Below, in pieces: positions 17,023 through 26,268 of a stretch of 64,000 nucleotides of DNA. Position 1 is the first letter of the stretch. The number at the start of each line of letters is the position of its first letter. A model generated the notes under the pieces. That model had not been told where the DNA came from, ran no database searches, and worked only from the letters and a program-made list of their open reading frames with translations. The position numbers and the translations under genes were made by a program. The stretch is from an uncultured virus (IMG/VR IMGVR_UViG_3300048927_000758). Taxonomy: Duplodnaviria > Heunggongvirae > Uroviricota > Caudoviricetes. Where the stretch lies: IMG/VR virus record IMGVR_UViG_3300048927_000758. One strand, 5' to 3'.

Positions 17023-17482
17023 GCCACTGGCTCACTAACTCGCCGTGCAGGTACAGCTCACGCGGCCTTTCCACCGGCTCCGGCAACGGCGGTTCAGGAA
17101 AGTGCTCCACATACAGACCAGCATCAATCTGTTTGACGACCACGCGCTCGGTGAGCTGCACGTCAATCGCGATATCGTAGGAACCATCATCGAGCATATC
17201 GGCCTTAAATTTAAAGCCGGTCTGCTGCTTTTCCGGTGTCGCCATGATGTCCGGCTGGTTCTCACGCAGCCATGCCAGAATGGGCACAATGATCAGATCG
17301 CAGTCCTCGGCAAAGTTGGTGATAAGTAGCTCCGTCTGATACTGGTATTCAAACGACAGCGAACTGGATAACGTGGAAACGATGCGCCCGTTATCCACAA
17401 ACATCCGCAGGGTGTCGGGGCTGGTTTGCAGCACCGGCACGGCGTCAGTTAAGGCTTTTCGCAGTTGAGCGGGTTTTAACAC
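17015..17482 (-). CDS. R: Tail completion protein gpR
   Basis: MLKPAQLRKAL...SLSFEYQY...WLRENQPD...LTERVVV. Confidence 0.92.
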   Translation of the reverse strand: MLKPAQLRKALTDAVPVLQTSPDTLRMFVDNGRIVSTLSSSLSFEYQYQTELLITNFAEDCDLIIVPILAWLRENQPDIMATPEKQQTGFKFKADMLDDGSYDIAIDVQLTERVVVKQIDAGLYVEHFPEPPLPEPVERPRELYLHGELVSQWHE

Positions 17483-17735
17483 GGTGTTCCTCCTGGCATT
17501 GTTTGACCGCTTCCACCTGAAGGCCGCAGGCGGTCAGCGCGGCCTCCAGGTTTCTGACGTCACTGCTTAAATCGCCGTTAGTGGCCGGTGCGCTTGCCGG
17601 TATCGGGCAACTCGTTACCGCCGGACAGCCAACGTAAATAATCTGCGGCGCTGGCAAAGGCGGGGCGTTGGTGCATCCGGCCAATGCCGTCAGGCAGACG
17701 AGCGCTATACCAGTCGCGCATTTCCTGATTTTCAT
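17445..17735 (-). CDS. lysC: Outer-membrane spanin (LysC/Rz1-like lipoprotein)
   Basis: Lipobox LAGC, Pro-rich linker, CPAVTSC...TNGDL...CGLQV; overlaps lysB. Confidence 0.85.
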   Translation of the reverse strand: MKIRKCATGIALVCLTALAGCTNAPPLPAPQIIYVGCPAVTSCPIPASAPATNGDLSSDVRNLEAALTACGLQVEAVKQCQEEHRVKTRSTAKSLN

Positions 17736-18003
17736 TGAGTAACCTTTGAAGGTGAATTTCACGATCCCGCGCTAACTGCCCCGCTTGTGAGAGCTGTGTG
17801 CGCAGGCTTTGTTCCTGGCGTTCCCGCGTCAGTGCCTCATCGCTCAGGCGGTTAATGGCGTTGTCTCGGCTTTCAATACCGGCGGACAGCGTGCCGATAA
17901 TGCGCTGCGCCTGGTCGGCTTCATCATGCAGGCCACCGATGCGCCAGGTTTGCAGCCCGGCCAGGGCAAGCGCCGCCAGCAGTAACAAAATTAAAATGCG
18001 CAT
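17578..18003 (-). CDS. lysB: Inner-membrane spanin (LysB/Rz-like)
   Basis: N-terminal TM helix, coiled coil, LLNENQEMRDWYSARLPD. Confidence 0.87.
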   Translation of the reverse strand: MRILILLLLAALALAGLQTWRIGGLHDEADQAQRIIGTLSAGIESRDNAINRLSDEALTRERQEQSLRTQLSQAGQLARDREIHLQRLLNENQEMRDWYSARLPDGIGRMHQRPAFASAADYLRWLSGGNELPDTGKRTGH

Positions 18004-18512
18004 CAGACACCCCGCAGGCAGTAAGCCAGCTCATTCGCGCGGCGGCGCTCCAGGCCGGTGACGCGCTCGCCCTTCACAAACACCCAGCGCGGCAACTGCT
18101 CGCAGGCGTCACGCCATCGACCTTTGTTGATGAAAAAACCTAACGTTGATTTGCACGCCGCCGTCACGCCGACGTTAAACGCAAAGGACACCACGGCGTC
18201 GTACATCGGCTGCGGCATGGCAACCGGCATACAGCGCGCAATGCCTTTCTCCACCCGCATCACGTCTTCCACCAGGTTAACGGCGGCCTGCCGTTCGCTG
18301 ATTTGCGTTTGCGGCTTCACGCCTGCGGTGTGCCCGATGCCGTTTGTCCAGACGCCCGCGCTGCACTGATAGGCGGACAGGCGGCAGCCCTCAAAATCAG
18401 CAATCAGTGCCAGACCGGCGGCGGACGTTTTCAACGTGGGCGTTTGCGGCAGCAGCGCGGCAATTGCCAGGACGGCAGCGACGGCGCAGCGTCTAACGAT
18501 TGATGGCTGCAT
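18003..18512 (-). CDS. SAR endolysin, GH24 lysozyme
   Basis: Ala-rich N-terminal anchor; E41-X8-C50-X5-T56 catalytic pattern; FAFNVG and GLERRR.E motifs. Confidence 0.92.
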   Translation of the reverse strand: MQPSIVRRCAVAAVLAIAALLPQTPTLKTSAAGLALIADFEGCRLSAYQCSAGVWTNGIGHTAGVKPQTQISERQAAVNLVEDVMRVEKGIARCMPVAMPQPMYDAVVSFAFNVGVTAACKSTLGFFINKGRWRDACEQLPRWVFVKGERVTGLERRRANELAYCLRGV

Positions 18513-18708
18513 TAATGTCCCCTCTGATGCCCATTTCTTTCAGCAGGCGGTAGGTTTTGCGCCGGTAGTGCCAGTTCACCAGGAAGGTCGCGACGCCGAC
18601 GGCGGCACCGACCAGAAAGGCGATATCCTGCGGTGACATTGCGCCGAGCCAGGCAAGAAAGGCCGCGACGCAGTAACAGATAAACGAGGTGATGCGCTCC
18701 ATGGTCAT
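18493..18708 (-). CDS. Holin (HP1-holin-like)
   Basis: Two hydrophobic segments, TFLVNWHYRRK basic tail; upstream of the endolysin; starts at 18708 or 18702. Confidence 0.85.
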   Translation of the reverse strand: MTMERITSFICYCVAAFLAWLGAMSPQDIAFLVGAAVGVATFLVNWHYRRKTYRLLKEMGIRGDINAAINR

Positions 18709-18911
18709 CAGTCCCAAAGTGAGACGGTTTCACTGACTGCGGCCTGAGTAATATCCGGCAGTTCCACCGCGTAGCCATGGGGCAGGATTGCCCCCTGTGC
18801 GGCTAAGCCAACGTTAGCCGCGTAAACTTTTTCAACGACCGATTCCGTGCGCCCGTAGTATCGCCAGCAGAGCGAATCCACGGTGTCGCCCTGTTCGGCA
18901 GTGACTTTCAT
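18708..18911 (-). CDS. X: Tail protein gpX (LysM-like)
   Basis: QGDTVDSLCWRYYGRT...ANVGLA...ETVSLWD. Confidence 0.93.
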   Translation of the reverse strand: MKVTAEQGDTVDSLCWRYYGRTESVVEKVYAANVGLAAQGAILPHGYAVELPDITQAAVSETVSLWD

Positions 18912-19381
18912 CAGAGCAGCCCGATGATGCAGTGAGACACACCGGCGACGTCGCTGATCGCGTTGCGCCCGTCACGCCATAAATCATCCACCGTGCTTTC
19001 CACGATTTCGGCCTTTTTACTGCCTTTATCGGTGGTGTCGTTATTCGGGTAACGCTCCGCCAGGAAGGCCGCCGCAATAGACGCCACGGCGCGCTGATAG
19101 GCGCAGACCTTCACGCTTTCGTCATCAATCTGATCGGCGGGGACATCCGCCAGGCGTGTAAAGCCCTGCGAAATCTGCGCATCCCGAAAGCTGAACAGCT
19201 CGGCGTTCACTTCGGTCATGGCAAACTTTGCGGCGGCGCGCAGACGTTTCGCGGTGACGGTGCCCTCCAGGCGCAGCGTGTCGCGCAGCTCAACCGGATC
19301 CACATCAGGCCAAAAGTGGGTATTTTTAATCGCGGGTTCCGTCGCGGCGTCCGGTTTCGGTGCAGGTACAACAAGAGACAT
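18911..19381 (-). CDS. L: Head completion protein gpL
   Basis: IKNTHFWPD...RLEGTVT...DDLWRD. Confidence 0.92.
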   Translation of the reverse strand: MSLVVPAPKPDAATEPAIKNTHFWPDVDPVELRDTLRLEGTVTAKRLRAAAKFAMTEVNAELFSFRDAQISQGFTRLADVPADQIDDESVKVCAYQRAVASIAAAFLAERYPNNDTTDKGSKKAEIVESTVDDLWRDGRNAISDVAGVSHCIIGLL

Positions 19382-19476
19382 AATGACCTCTGAATGGGGG
19401 GCGGTGGACGCCAGCGTCGAACAAGGTCAAAGACCGGTCTCGGCTGGCGTGCCGCCCTGCGCGGGGCGCATGCTTT

Positions 19477-20133
19477 TTAGCTGCCGGACGCCTTTTTAAT
19501 GGCAGACTCCAGGCGCTCAATGTCTTTTTTTACGCCTGATTTGCCGTCGAGAATCAAGGCACTTTTCAGACGTTCCAGGGCTAACGTGTCCTTGCCGCCG
19601 TCGCGGTAGAGATAGCCGATAATCTTGTGCAACTGCGCACGCACTTTATCGGGCATATCCTCAGCGTCAGTCAGTTCCAGCACTTCCAGCATCAGGTCGA
19701 TGCTGACGGGTTCACCGGCGGTGCGAGCACGTACAGCCTGGTCGATCACTTCCTCCGTGAAGGCACAGCCCGCCGTGCGGGTGCCGAACGGCATTGCGAG
19801 CCGATGCTTAAAGGCGTAGCGGGCAATGTTCAGCGCACCGGCAATATCACCGGCGTCAATACGCCAGATCATGACGGTCATCAGGATGGCATCCTGTGCG
19901 CCATTCCCTTCGGCGAGTACGCCCGACACCCACGGGGCGTATTCCGGCAACAGCTTGCGTTTTAACGCAGCCTTGTCCTGGAAGGACTGGATCTTGTGCA
20001 GCGCCTGTTTATCCGCATTCAGCTTTTGCATTTGCAGTTCGTAGCCGGTGGCATGGGTCAACTGACCGGCGGCCTGCTGTGCGGCGATGATGGCGGACTG
20101 TCGCAACATGTGACGACGGCAAGGGCTAATCAT
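19477..20133 (-). CDS. M: Terminase small subunit gpM
   Basis: SPCRRH...KLLPEYAPWV...WRIDAGD...DMPDKVRAQLHK...GVKKDIERL. Confidence 0.93.
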   Translation of the reverse strand: MISPCRRHMLRQSAIIAAQQAAGQLTHATGYELQMQKLNADKQALHKIQSFQDKAALKRKLLPEYAPWVSGVLAEGNGAQDAILMTVMIWRIDAGDIAGALNIARYAFKHRLAMPFGTRTAGCAFTEEVIDQAVRARTAGEPVSIDLMLEVLELTDAEDMPDKVRAQLHKIIGYLYRDGGKDTLALERLKSALILDGKSGVKKDIERLESAIKKASGS

Positions 20134-20145
20134 GTTATGTCCCCT

Positions 20146-21234
20146 TTATTCCGCTGATTCAGGCTCAGCAACAGGCGCTGATTCAGGCTTAACGTCTTTA
20201 AAGGTGCCGAGCTGGATGTTTTCGACCAGGCAGCCGCCGCGATAGTCTTCCACCACGAAATCCTCATTAATGGATTCGTAGTTTTCGATGCGGTCACGCT
20301 TTGGCACTTCTTCGATGTGGCGGCGGTGTGAGCCATCCATCCAGTAAATGGACAGGTTATCCAGGCGGGTGATCATGAACGCATTGGCAGGGAAACCGGG
20401 CACGCGCACCGCCGGTAAGTTACCGATGCGCTTCTGGCTGATAATCATATCCGCCGCCAGGCTTTCGGAGTTCTCCTGAGCCTTGTTCACCAGCGGGAAA
20501 TACTTGTCTGCCAGCAGCTGACGGCCGCAGATCACCACCAGGCCGGTATCGTCCTGATAAATCGGGTCAACCATGTTGTTGGTGGCGTCCATCACCAGCG
20601 CGTCCAGGTTCTCAAAGTCACCCCCGGCACCGACGCGAACGGTCTCGGAAATCACGGCATCATCCTCGCCGAGAATTTTGCTCATCACGCGCTCCGGTGC
20701 ATTGTTGCGGTACTTTTGCAGCCAGCCCACGTTCACGTCCTGCAACAGCGGGTTTTTGGTGCGGTTTGACGTTGCCGCACGCTCAACGCCGTTAAAGCCG
20801 ATGGTGATGCGATCCAGCGCCTGGCGTTTCACGATGGCGTCACGTAAACGCGCCTGGAAATCCTGGTAACGCGCCCAGAGATCGAGCGTGGCGTAACGGA
20901 AATGGAAATCGTAGTTCGTCTGGCGGCACTCATAACCCTCAGCGGTCAGGGTGTTGAAATCAGCCGTCTGGCGTTCACCGGTGCCGCTGGTGTCTGCCGT
21001 GCTGGCAATAGAGCCAGACACGCCGACGCCGACCTTTTCCCCCTTCATTTCATCCACCGGGATGATGTTAATCATCTGCAGGAAGGCAGAGGACTCCTGC
21101 ACGCGGGTCATCAGCGTCTGCGTCACCGACGGTTCTACGCTGAATTTTTTATTCAGGTCGCCGGTGTCCACCGAGTTCAGCTCGGCGATGCGGGACAGGA
21201 AGGCGTTAAATTTAAAGCGGGTAGTTTGTTTCAT
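20146..21234 (-). CDS. N: Major capsid protein gpN
   Basis: FSVEPSVTQTL...QALDRITIGFNG...NPLLQDVNVGWLQK. Confidence 0.96.
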   Translation of the reverse strand: MKQTTRFKFNAFLSRIAELNSVDTGDLNKKFSVEPSVTQTLMTRVQESSAFLQMINIIPVDEMKGEKVGVGVSGSIASTADTSGTGERQTADFNTLTAEGYECRQTNYDFHFRYATLDLWARYQDFQARLRDAIVKRQALDRITIGFNGVERAATSNRTKNPLLQDVNVGWLQKYRNNAPERVMSKILGEDDAVISETVRVGAGGDFENLDALVMDATNNMVDPIYQDDTGLVVICGRQLLADKYFPLVNKAQENSESLAADMIISQKRIGNLPAVRVPGFPANAFMITRLDNLSIYWMDGSHRRHIEEVPKRDRIENYESINEDFVVEDYRGGCLVENIQLGTFKDVKPESAPVAEPESAE

Positions 21235-21280
21235 GCGTTTTTATCCAAATGGGTTAACGGGTTAATCGCGAGCGTTGTGC

Positions 21281-22138
21281 TTAGCAGTCGGTGAAATTAG
21301 CTGCATCACCCTTGCCGCCGCCGCTTGAAACGGGGCGCTGCGTGTAGCTCTGCGGCGCGGACTTCTCCAGCTTGCCTTTCAGCGCGCTGAACTGTTCGCG
21401 GTCATCTTTCGCGGTTTGTTCCAGCGTGTTGAGGCGTTCCGTCAGTGAGGTTTGCAGCGCGGACAGCTTTTCATCAGTGGCTTTCAGGCCGGTTTCGACG
21501 TGCTCCACCACCACTTCCACGGCGTCATGCACGTCTTTAAAACGGGCATCATCCGAGGTGGATTTGCTGGAAAGCAGTTGTTTCACGCGGGAGAACAGTG
21601 ACGGGGCTGCCGGTACTTCCTCCACGAACTCGAACGCCGTTTCTTCGGCGGAGGTAAAGAGGTTGTCCGCACTTTGCTTACGGCCTGCCAGCGGGTTTTG
21701 CTGCGCTTTCGCGCTGAATTGCAGGTACTCGGTGCCGAGGCTGGCGGGGCTGTCGGTCACGGCCAGGCCGATCAGGTAGGCTTTGCCGGTATCGGAAAAC
21801 GAGGGGTTCACTTCGATAGAGGTGTAAACCTTCTGGCGGGCTTTCACCATTGACACTAAATCAGGCGTCGGGTCGATATCGGCATACAGTGCCAGCTTGC
21901 CTTTTAGGGCACCGTCTGCCACTTCTTCGGCGTAAACGCCGGTGACATCGCCGTACATGCGAAACGCACTGTCAGGGAAATAGCCCTTGATGTGCTCCAT
22001 GTTGATGCGTGCGCCGTAGACCTTCGGGTCATAGGTCGCCGCCATCTGTTCAATCCACTCGCGGGTGATTTCGCGTCCGTCGGTGGTTGCCCCTTCGGTG
22101 CAGATACGAAAGCGCTTTGCTTTTGTTGCCATTGCCAT
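21281..22138 (-). CDS. O: Capsid scaffold/protease gpO
   Basis: FRICTEGATTDGR...YGARINMEH...GLAVTDSPASLGTE...TDC; start trimmed. Confidence 0.94.
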   Translation of the reverse strand: MAMATKAKRFRICTEGATTDGREITREWIEQMAATYDPKVYGARINMEHIKGYFPDSAFRMYGDVTGVYAEEVADGALKGKLALYADIDPTPDLVSMVKARQKVYTSIEVNPSFSDTGKAYLIGLAVTDSPASLGTEYLQFSAKAQQNPLAGRKQSADNLFTSAEETAFEFVEEVPAAPSLFSRVKQLLSSKSTSDDARFKDVHDAVEVVVEHVETGLKATDEKLSALQTSLTERLNTLEQTAKDDREQFSALKGKLEKSAPQSYTQRPVSSGGGKGDAANFTDC

Positions 22139-22211
22139 TTTCTGATTCCAGTCGGTGTGTGCTTCTGAGGGGTTCAAGTTTCCAGACACACGCCCGACAT
22201 CGCCAGCCGAT

Positions 22212-22238
22212 GCGGGTTGATGCTCGATGGCACAACGT
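22212..22238. promoter_or_regulatory. Late-promoter activator site between divergent O and P
   Basis: GCGGGTTGATGCTCGATGGCACAACGT, matches the motif upstream of V. Confidence 0.6.
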
Positions 22239-22281
22239 GGGCAGCAGGAAAATCAGCGTGCCGCCCGTTAACGTGGCAGTC

Positions 22282-24048
22282 ATGAAAATGACAAACTCAA
22301 CCCTCATCAGCGACCCACGGCGACAGGCGGCACTGCTTTACTGGCAGGGGTTTTCTGTGCGTCAGATTGCGGAGATGCTGAACCAAAAGTTACCGACGGT
22401 GCAGAGCTGGAAAACCCGCGACGCCTGGGAGAATGTCGCGCCGATTGCCCGCGTGGAATCCAGCCTGGAAGCGCGCCTGATCCAGCTCACCGCCAAAGAC
22501 GTCAAAGGGAATGCCGATTACAAGGAAATGGAGGCGTTAGGCCGGTTAATGGAACGCCTGGCCAGGGTGAACCGCTACGGCCAGAGCGGGAACGAGGTGG
22601 ATTTAAACCCGAATATTGCCAACCGGAACAAGGGCGAGCGCAAGAAGCCGACTAAGAACTTTTTCAGTGAGGAGTCACTGGCGGAACTGGAGCAAATTTT
22701 CTTTAAGAAGTGTTTCCCGTATCAGCGTATCTGGTACGACGCGGGGCTTAAACACCGTATCCGCGACATCCTCAAATCCCGCCAGATAGGGGCCACGTTT
22801 TTCTTTGCTCGGGAAGCGCTGCTGCGCGCCCTGGCAACCGGCCATAACCAGATTTTTCTCTCCGCCAGTAAAACCCAGGCGTATGTGTTCCGGGAGTACA
22901 TCATTCAGTTTGCGCGCCTCGCCGGTGTTGAGCTGACCGGCGACCCGATTGTGCTCGGCAACAACGGCGCGAAGCTGATTTTCTTGGGCACCAACTCCAA
23001 CACCGCCCAAAGCCACAACGGCGACCTGTACGTGGACGAAATCTTTTGGATCCCGAACTTTCAGAAGCTGCGCAAGGTCGCCAGCGGCATGGCGTCCCAG
23101 GAACATCTGCGCACCACCTATTTCTCCACGCCGTCAGCGCTGACGCACGGCGCGTATCCGTTTTGGTCAGGCGAACTGTTCAACAAGGGACGGGAAAACC
23201 CGAACGACCGGATTGAGCTGGACATCGGGCATCACGTCCTGGCGAAAGGTCGGCTTTGTGAGGATGGTCAGTGGCGGCAAATTGTCACGATTGAGGATGC
23301 GTTAGCCGGTGGGTGCAACCTGTTCAACATCGACACGCTGAAACAGGAGAACAGCGCGGAGGATTTCCGCAACCTGTTCATGTGTGAGTTTGTTGACGAT
23401 CAGACGTCGGTATTTCCATTTGCCGAGCTGCAACGCTGCATGGTGGAAAGCGCGGAGGAATGGCAGGATTTCAGCCCGTTCGCCGTGCGTCCGTTTGGTT
23501 ATCGCGCCGTCTGGATTGGTTACGACCCGTCGCACACCGGCGACAGCGCAGGCTGTGCCGTGGTGGCTCCGCCGCTGGTGGACGGGGGCAAATTCCGCGT
23601 ACTGGAACGTCACCAGTGGAAAGGCATGGATTTTGCCGCCCAGGCGAAAAGCATTGAGGAATTAACAAAACGCTACTGCGTGGAATATATCGGCATTGAT
23701 GCCACCGGCATCGGCCAGGGTGTTTTCCAGCTTGTCCGGCAGTTCTTCCCCGCCGCAATAGAAATCCGCTATAGCCCGGAAACGAAAACGAAAATGGTGC
23801 TGAAAGCCAAAGACACCATCACCTCCGGCCGTCTGGAATACGACACCAACCACAAAGACATCACCTCGTCATTCATGGCGATCCGCAAAACCATGACCGC
23901 CAGCGGCAGCCGCTCCACCTACGAGGCCAGCCGCAGCGAGGAAGCCAGCCACGCAGATGTCGCCTGGGCAATCATGCACGCACTGCTCAACGAACCGCTG
24001 ACCGCCGCGAACGGCGGCCAAAGCCCTAACATCCTGGAGTTTTATTAA
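22282..24048 (+). CDS. P: Terminase ATPase (large) subunit gpP
   Basis: DPRRQAALLYWQG, LKSRQIGAT Walker A, LYVDE Walker B, IGYDPS nuclease, HADVAWA; start trimmed. Confidence 0.96.
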   Translation: MKMTNSTLISDPRRQAALLYWQGFSVRQIAEMLNQKLPTVQSWKTRDAWENVAPIARVESSLEARLIQLTAKDVKGNADYKEMEALGRLMERLARVNRYGQSGNEVDLNPNIANRNKGERKKPTKNFFSEESLAELEQIFFKKCFPYQRIWYDAGLKHRIRDILKSRQIGATFFFAREALLRALATGHNQIFLSASKTQAYVFREYIIQFARLAGVELTGDPIVLGNNGAKLIFLGTNSNTAQSHNGDLYVDEIFWIPNFQKLRKVASGMASQEHLRTTYFSTPSALTHGAYPFWSGELFNKGRENPNDRIELDIGHHVLAKGRLCEDGQWRQIVTIEDALAGGCNLFNIDTLKQENSAEDFRNLFMCEFVDDQTSVFPFAELQRCMVESAEEWQDFSPFAVRPFGYRAVWIGYDPSHTGDSAGCAVVAPPLVDGGKFRVLERHQWKGMDFAAQAKSIEELTKRYCVEYIGIDATGIGQGVFQLVRQFFPAAIEIRYSPETKTKMVLKAKDTITSGRLEYDTNHKDITSSFMAIRKTMTASGSRSTYEASRSEEASHADVAWAIMHALLNEPLTAANGGQSPNILEFY

Positions 24049-24227
24049 TGAAAACCACCGACATCAGCAGTCACGTCGCCCCACAAAAAAAAGCCTGGAC
24101 GGGCAAGGATAATTTCAGCGAACTGCATCGCCTGAAACATCAGCCGTCAGCGGATGAATTCCGTGCGCAATACCAGTGCGGCATTTACATCAACCACTCA
24201 CACCCAAAAGGTGATCAACATGGCTAA
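24048..24227 (+). CDS. 59-aa hypothetical ORF between P and Q (below the ORF-track cut-off)
   Basis: ATG overlaps the P stop (TAATG) and stop overlaps the Q start (ATGGCTAA); GGAG upstream; translated by hand. Confidence 0.55.
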   Translation: MKTTDISSHVAPQKKAWTGKDNFSELHRLKHQPSADEFRAQYQCGIYINHSHPKGDQHG

Positions 24228-25251
24228 GCGCAAATTCCGCAAGGCGGCACAAAGCACGGTCACGGCAACAGCTCAGCAAACCAGTGGCGCGGAGGCGTTC
24301 AGCTTTGGCGACCCGACGCCGGTTTTAGACCGTCGTGAAATTCTGGATTACATCGAATGCATTGGTAACGGCCAGTGGTATGAGCCGCCGGTCAGCTTTG
24401 ACGGACTGGCTCGCACGTTGCGCGCTGCGGTTCATCACAGTTCGTCGCTGTATGTTAAGCGGAATATTCTGGCTTCGACCTTTGTCCCGCACCCGCTGTT
24501 ATCACAGCAGGAATTCAGCCGGTTTGCCCTGGATTACCTGGTGTTCGGGAATGCGTTTTTAGAAGTGATCTGCAACCAGCTCGGCGACGCCGTAGTGATG
24601 AAAACCGTCCCCGCCAAATATGCGCGGCGCGGCGTGGAGCCTGATACCTACTGGTTTGTGCAGCAATGGAAAGAAGCGCACCAGTTTGAAACGGGCAGCG
24701 TGTTTCATCTGATTGAGCCGGATATTAATCAGGAGCTGTACGGCCTGCCTGAATATCTCAGCGCCCTGAATTCAGCCTGGCTTAATGAAGCCGCCACGCT
24801 GTTCCGCCGCAAGTACTATCAGAACGGCGCACACGCCGGATATATCCTGTACATGACCGACGCAGCACAAAGCAGCTCGGACATCGATCAGATGCGTAAA
24901 GCGATGCGGGACACAAAAGGGCTGGGCAACTTCCGCAACCTGTTCATGTACGCACCGAACGGCAAGCCGGACGGGATCAAGATTTTGCCGCTGAGTGAAG
25001 TCGCCACCAAAGACGATTTCTTTAATATCAAGAAAGCCAGCCAGAACGATTTGCTGTGCGCTCACCGCGTACCACCGCAGATGATGGGCATTATCCCGGA
25101 GAACAGCGGCGGGTTTGGTGATTCGGTTAAGGCGTCGCAGGTGTTTGTCCGTAACGAACTGACGCCGTTGCAGGAACGGTTTAAAGAATTAAATGCCTGG
25201 TTTGGGAAGGAGGTGATCAGATTTACCCCTTACGAACTTACACCAGAGTGA
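24220..25251 (+). CDS. Q: Portal protein gpQ (PBSX family)
   Basis: EAFSFGDPTPVLD...QELYGLPEYL...YYQNGAHAG...AHRVPPQMMG; start trimmed to MAKRK. Confidence 0.96.
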   Translation: MAKRKFRKAAQSTVTATAQQTSGAEAFSFGDPTPVLDRREILDYIECIGNGQWYEPPVSFDGLARTLRAAVHHSSSLYVKRNILASTFVPHPLLSQQEFSRFALDYLVFGNAFLEVICNQLGDAVVMKTVPAKYARRGVEPDTYWFVQQWKEAHQFETGSVFHLIEPDINQELYGLPEYLSALNSAWLNEAATLFRRKYYQNGAHAGYILYMTDAAQSSSDIDQMRKAMRDTKGLGNFRNLFMYAPNGKPDGIKILPLSEVATKDDFFNIKKASQNDLLCAHRVPPQMMGIIPENSGGFGDSVKASQVFVRNELTPLQERFKELNAWFGKEVIRFTPYELTPE

Positions 25252-25257
25252 TATCGC

Positions 25258-25280
25258 AAAGCCCTGTGACACGGGGCTTT
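25258..25280. terminator. Hairpin after portal gene
   Basis: AAAGCCC-TGTGACACG-GGGCTTT. Confidence 0.6.
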
Positions 25281-25434
25281 AGCACTCCCTCAAAGCTCAC
25301 ACCTACCCCACGCCACACGAATGCCTCAAAGCCACGCAGCATTGACCGGCGCGAAATAACACCACAATCCGTTTTTAGTGAGAAAATGGCTCAGCGCGTC
25401 ACAGGCTGCGCCAAATCTGCTGTGCTGCACCTCG

Positions 25435-25465
25435 GCGCGCGCAATGTTACCCGCCTGCCCGCTTC
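25435..25465 (-). other. Putative cos site of prophage 1
   Basis: Minus strand GGGCAGGCGGGTAACATTGCGCGC resembles the P2/186 cohesive-end region; expected position beyond Q. Confidence 0.6.
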
Positions 25466-25613
25466 TGACTTAGCACACTGTTTTTAATGCATGTATCGAA
25501 ACGCCGCAAAGCCTATCCCAAGCGGCGTTCAGAAATTTTTTGATCCTTTAGGGATCATGCAAAACCATGCACATAATGCATGCGGCGCTCACTCGTAAGC
25601 TGTTGCTTGGTAT

Positions 25614-25802
25614 TCAGTGGATCTTTCCCGGGGCGTTTACGTCAAAAACAACTTTCAGCAGCTCCTCATTCGCTGCCGATGCCATTTCCGAAATCCAAGC
25701 AGCAACCATCTCCCGTTCCTCAACATCGCAGTCAACCCGAGTTGAAAGTCTCGCTATTAAAGAAATACGTTCCAACAATACTGCCGTGTGTAAAAAATCC
25801 AT
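25614..25802 (-). CDS. tum: Tum-like SOS-inducible antirepressor (N-terminal domain only)
   Basis: LERISLIARL...C...EREM pattern recalls the phage 186 Tum N-domain; LexA box immediately upstream. Confidence 0.7.
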   Translation of the reverse strand: MDFLHTAVLLERISLIARLSTRVDCDVEEREMVAAWISEMASAANEELLKVVFDVNAPGKIH

Positions 25803-25818
25803 TCCGCCCCCAAAAGCA

Positions 25819-25834
25819 CTGTTTGTTTATACAG
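25819..25834. promoter_or_regulatory. LexA (SOS) box
   Basis: CTGTTTGTTTATACAG = CTG-N10-CAG with AT-rich core. Confidence 0.8.
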
Positions 25835-25922
25835 TACTATAAAATTATATGGATATAATTTCCATAAAAATCTATATGTTATTACTAACCGCGAGTCTCG
25901 ATTCCGTACAGGACTTGAAGAG

Positions 25923-26243
25923 TCAATCAAGATCCCCGTGATGTATGCAATCGAACCAATCAAACTGGCCAATAGACTGTAGAGCACATGCTTTAATTGA
26001 CTTCGATGCCTGGCTGAACTCCTCAAATAGAGGCAGGAATTCAAAGCTACAACAGCAAGAAACTGAGTCATAAAAAACACTTACTAAGTATTTTTGAAGC
26101 CCTTTCCTCGAAACTAAGTAAGAAAAATTAAGCATTTCAGCCATTTCTTTAGCAATCCCATGCCGAGTTGTCAGCGAGATCCCTAAAGAAGTAATGCTGT
26201 AAATATTTATCTGATTTTTTTCTTCTATTTCATAAGGTTTCAT
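25923..26243 (-). CDS. Hypothetical protein, AT-rich accessory gene after A
   Basis: 106 aa ORF with AGAGGA RBS; no recognised motif. Confidence 0.6.
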   Translation of the reverse strand: MKPYEIEEKNQINIYSITSLGISLTTRHGIAKEMAEMLNFSYLVSRKGLQKYLVSVFYDSVSCCCSFEFLPLFEEFSQASKSIKACALQSIGQFDWFDCIHHGDLD

Positions 26244-26268
26244 AAAATTCCTCTTTAAAATTTACTAA

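Noticed and set aside
18700..18708. Lambda S-type dual-start holin/antiholin (Met-Thr-Met)
   Set aside because: The extra residue is uncharged, unlike Met-Lys-Met, and the first ATG is explained by coupling to the X stop; insufficient support.
1693..22050. Many + strand ORFs overlapping prophage 1 structural genes (e.g. 1693-2430, 3361-3957, 10678-11352, 11327-12046)
   Set aside because: Antisense shadows of GC-rich, well-identified minus-strand genes, with no recognisable motifs.
22087..22281. N-terminal extensions in the ORF track for P (also FI, W, O, Q, ogr)
   Set aside because: They run through promoter regions or neighbouring genes; family-typical N-termini begin at downstream ATGs.
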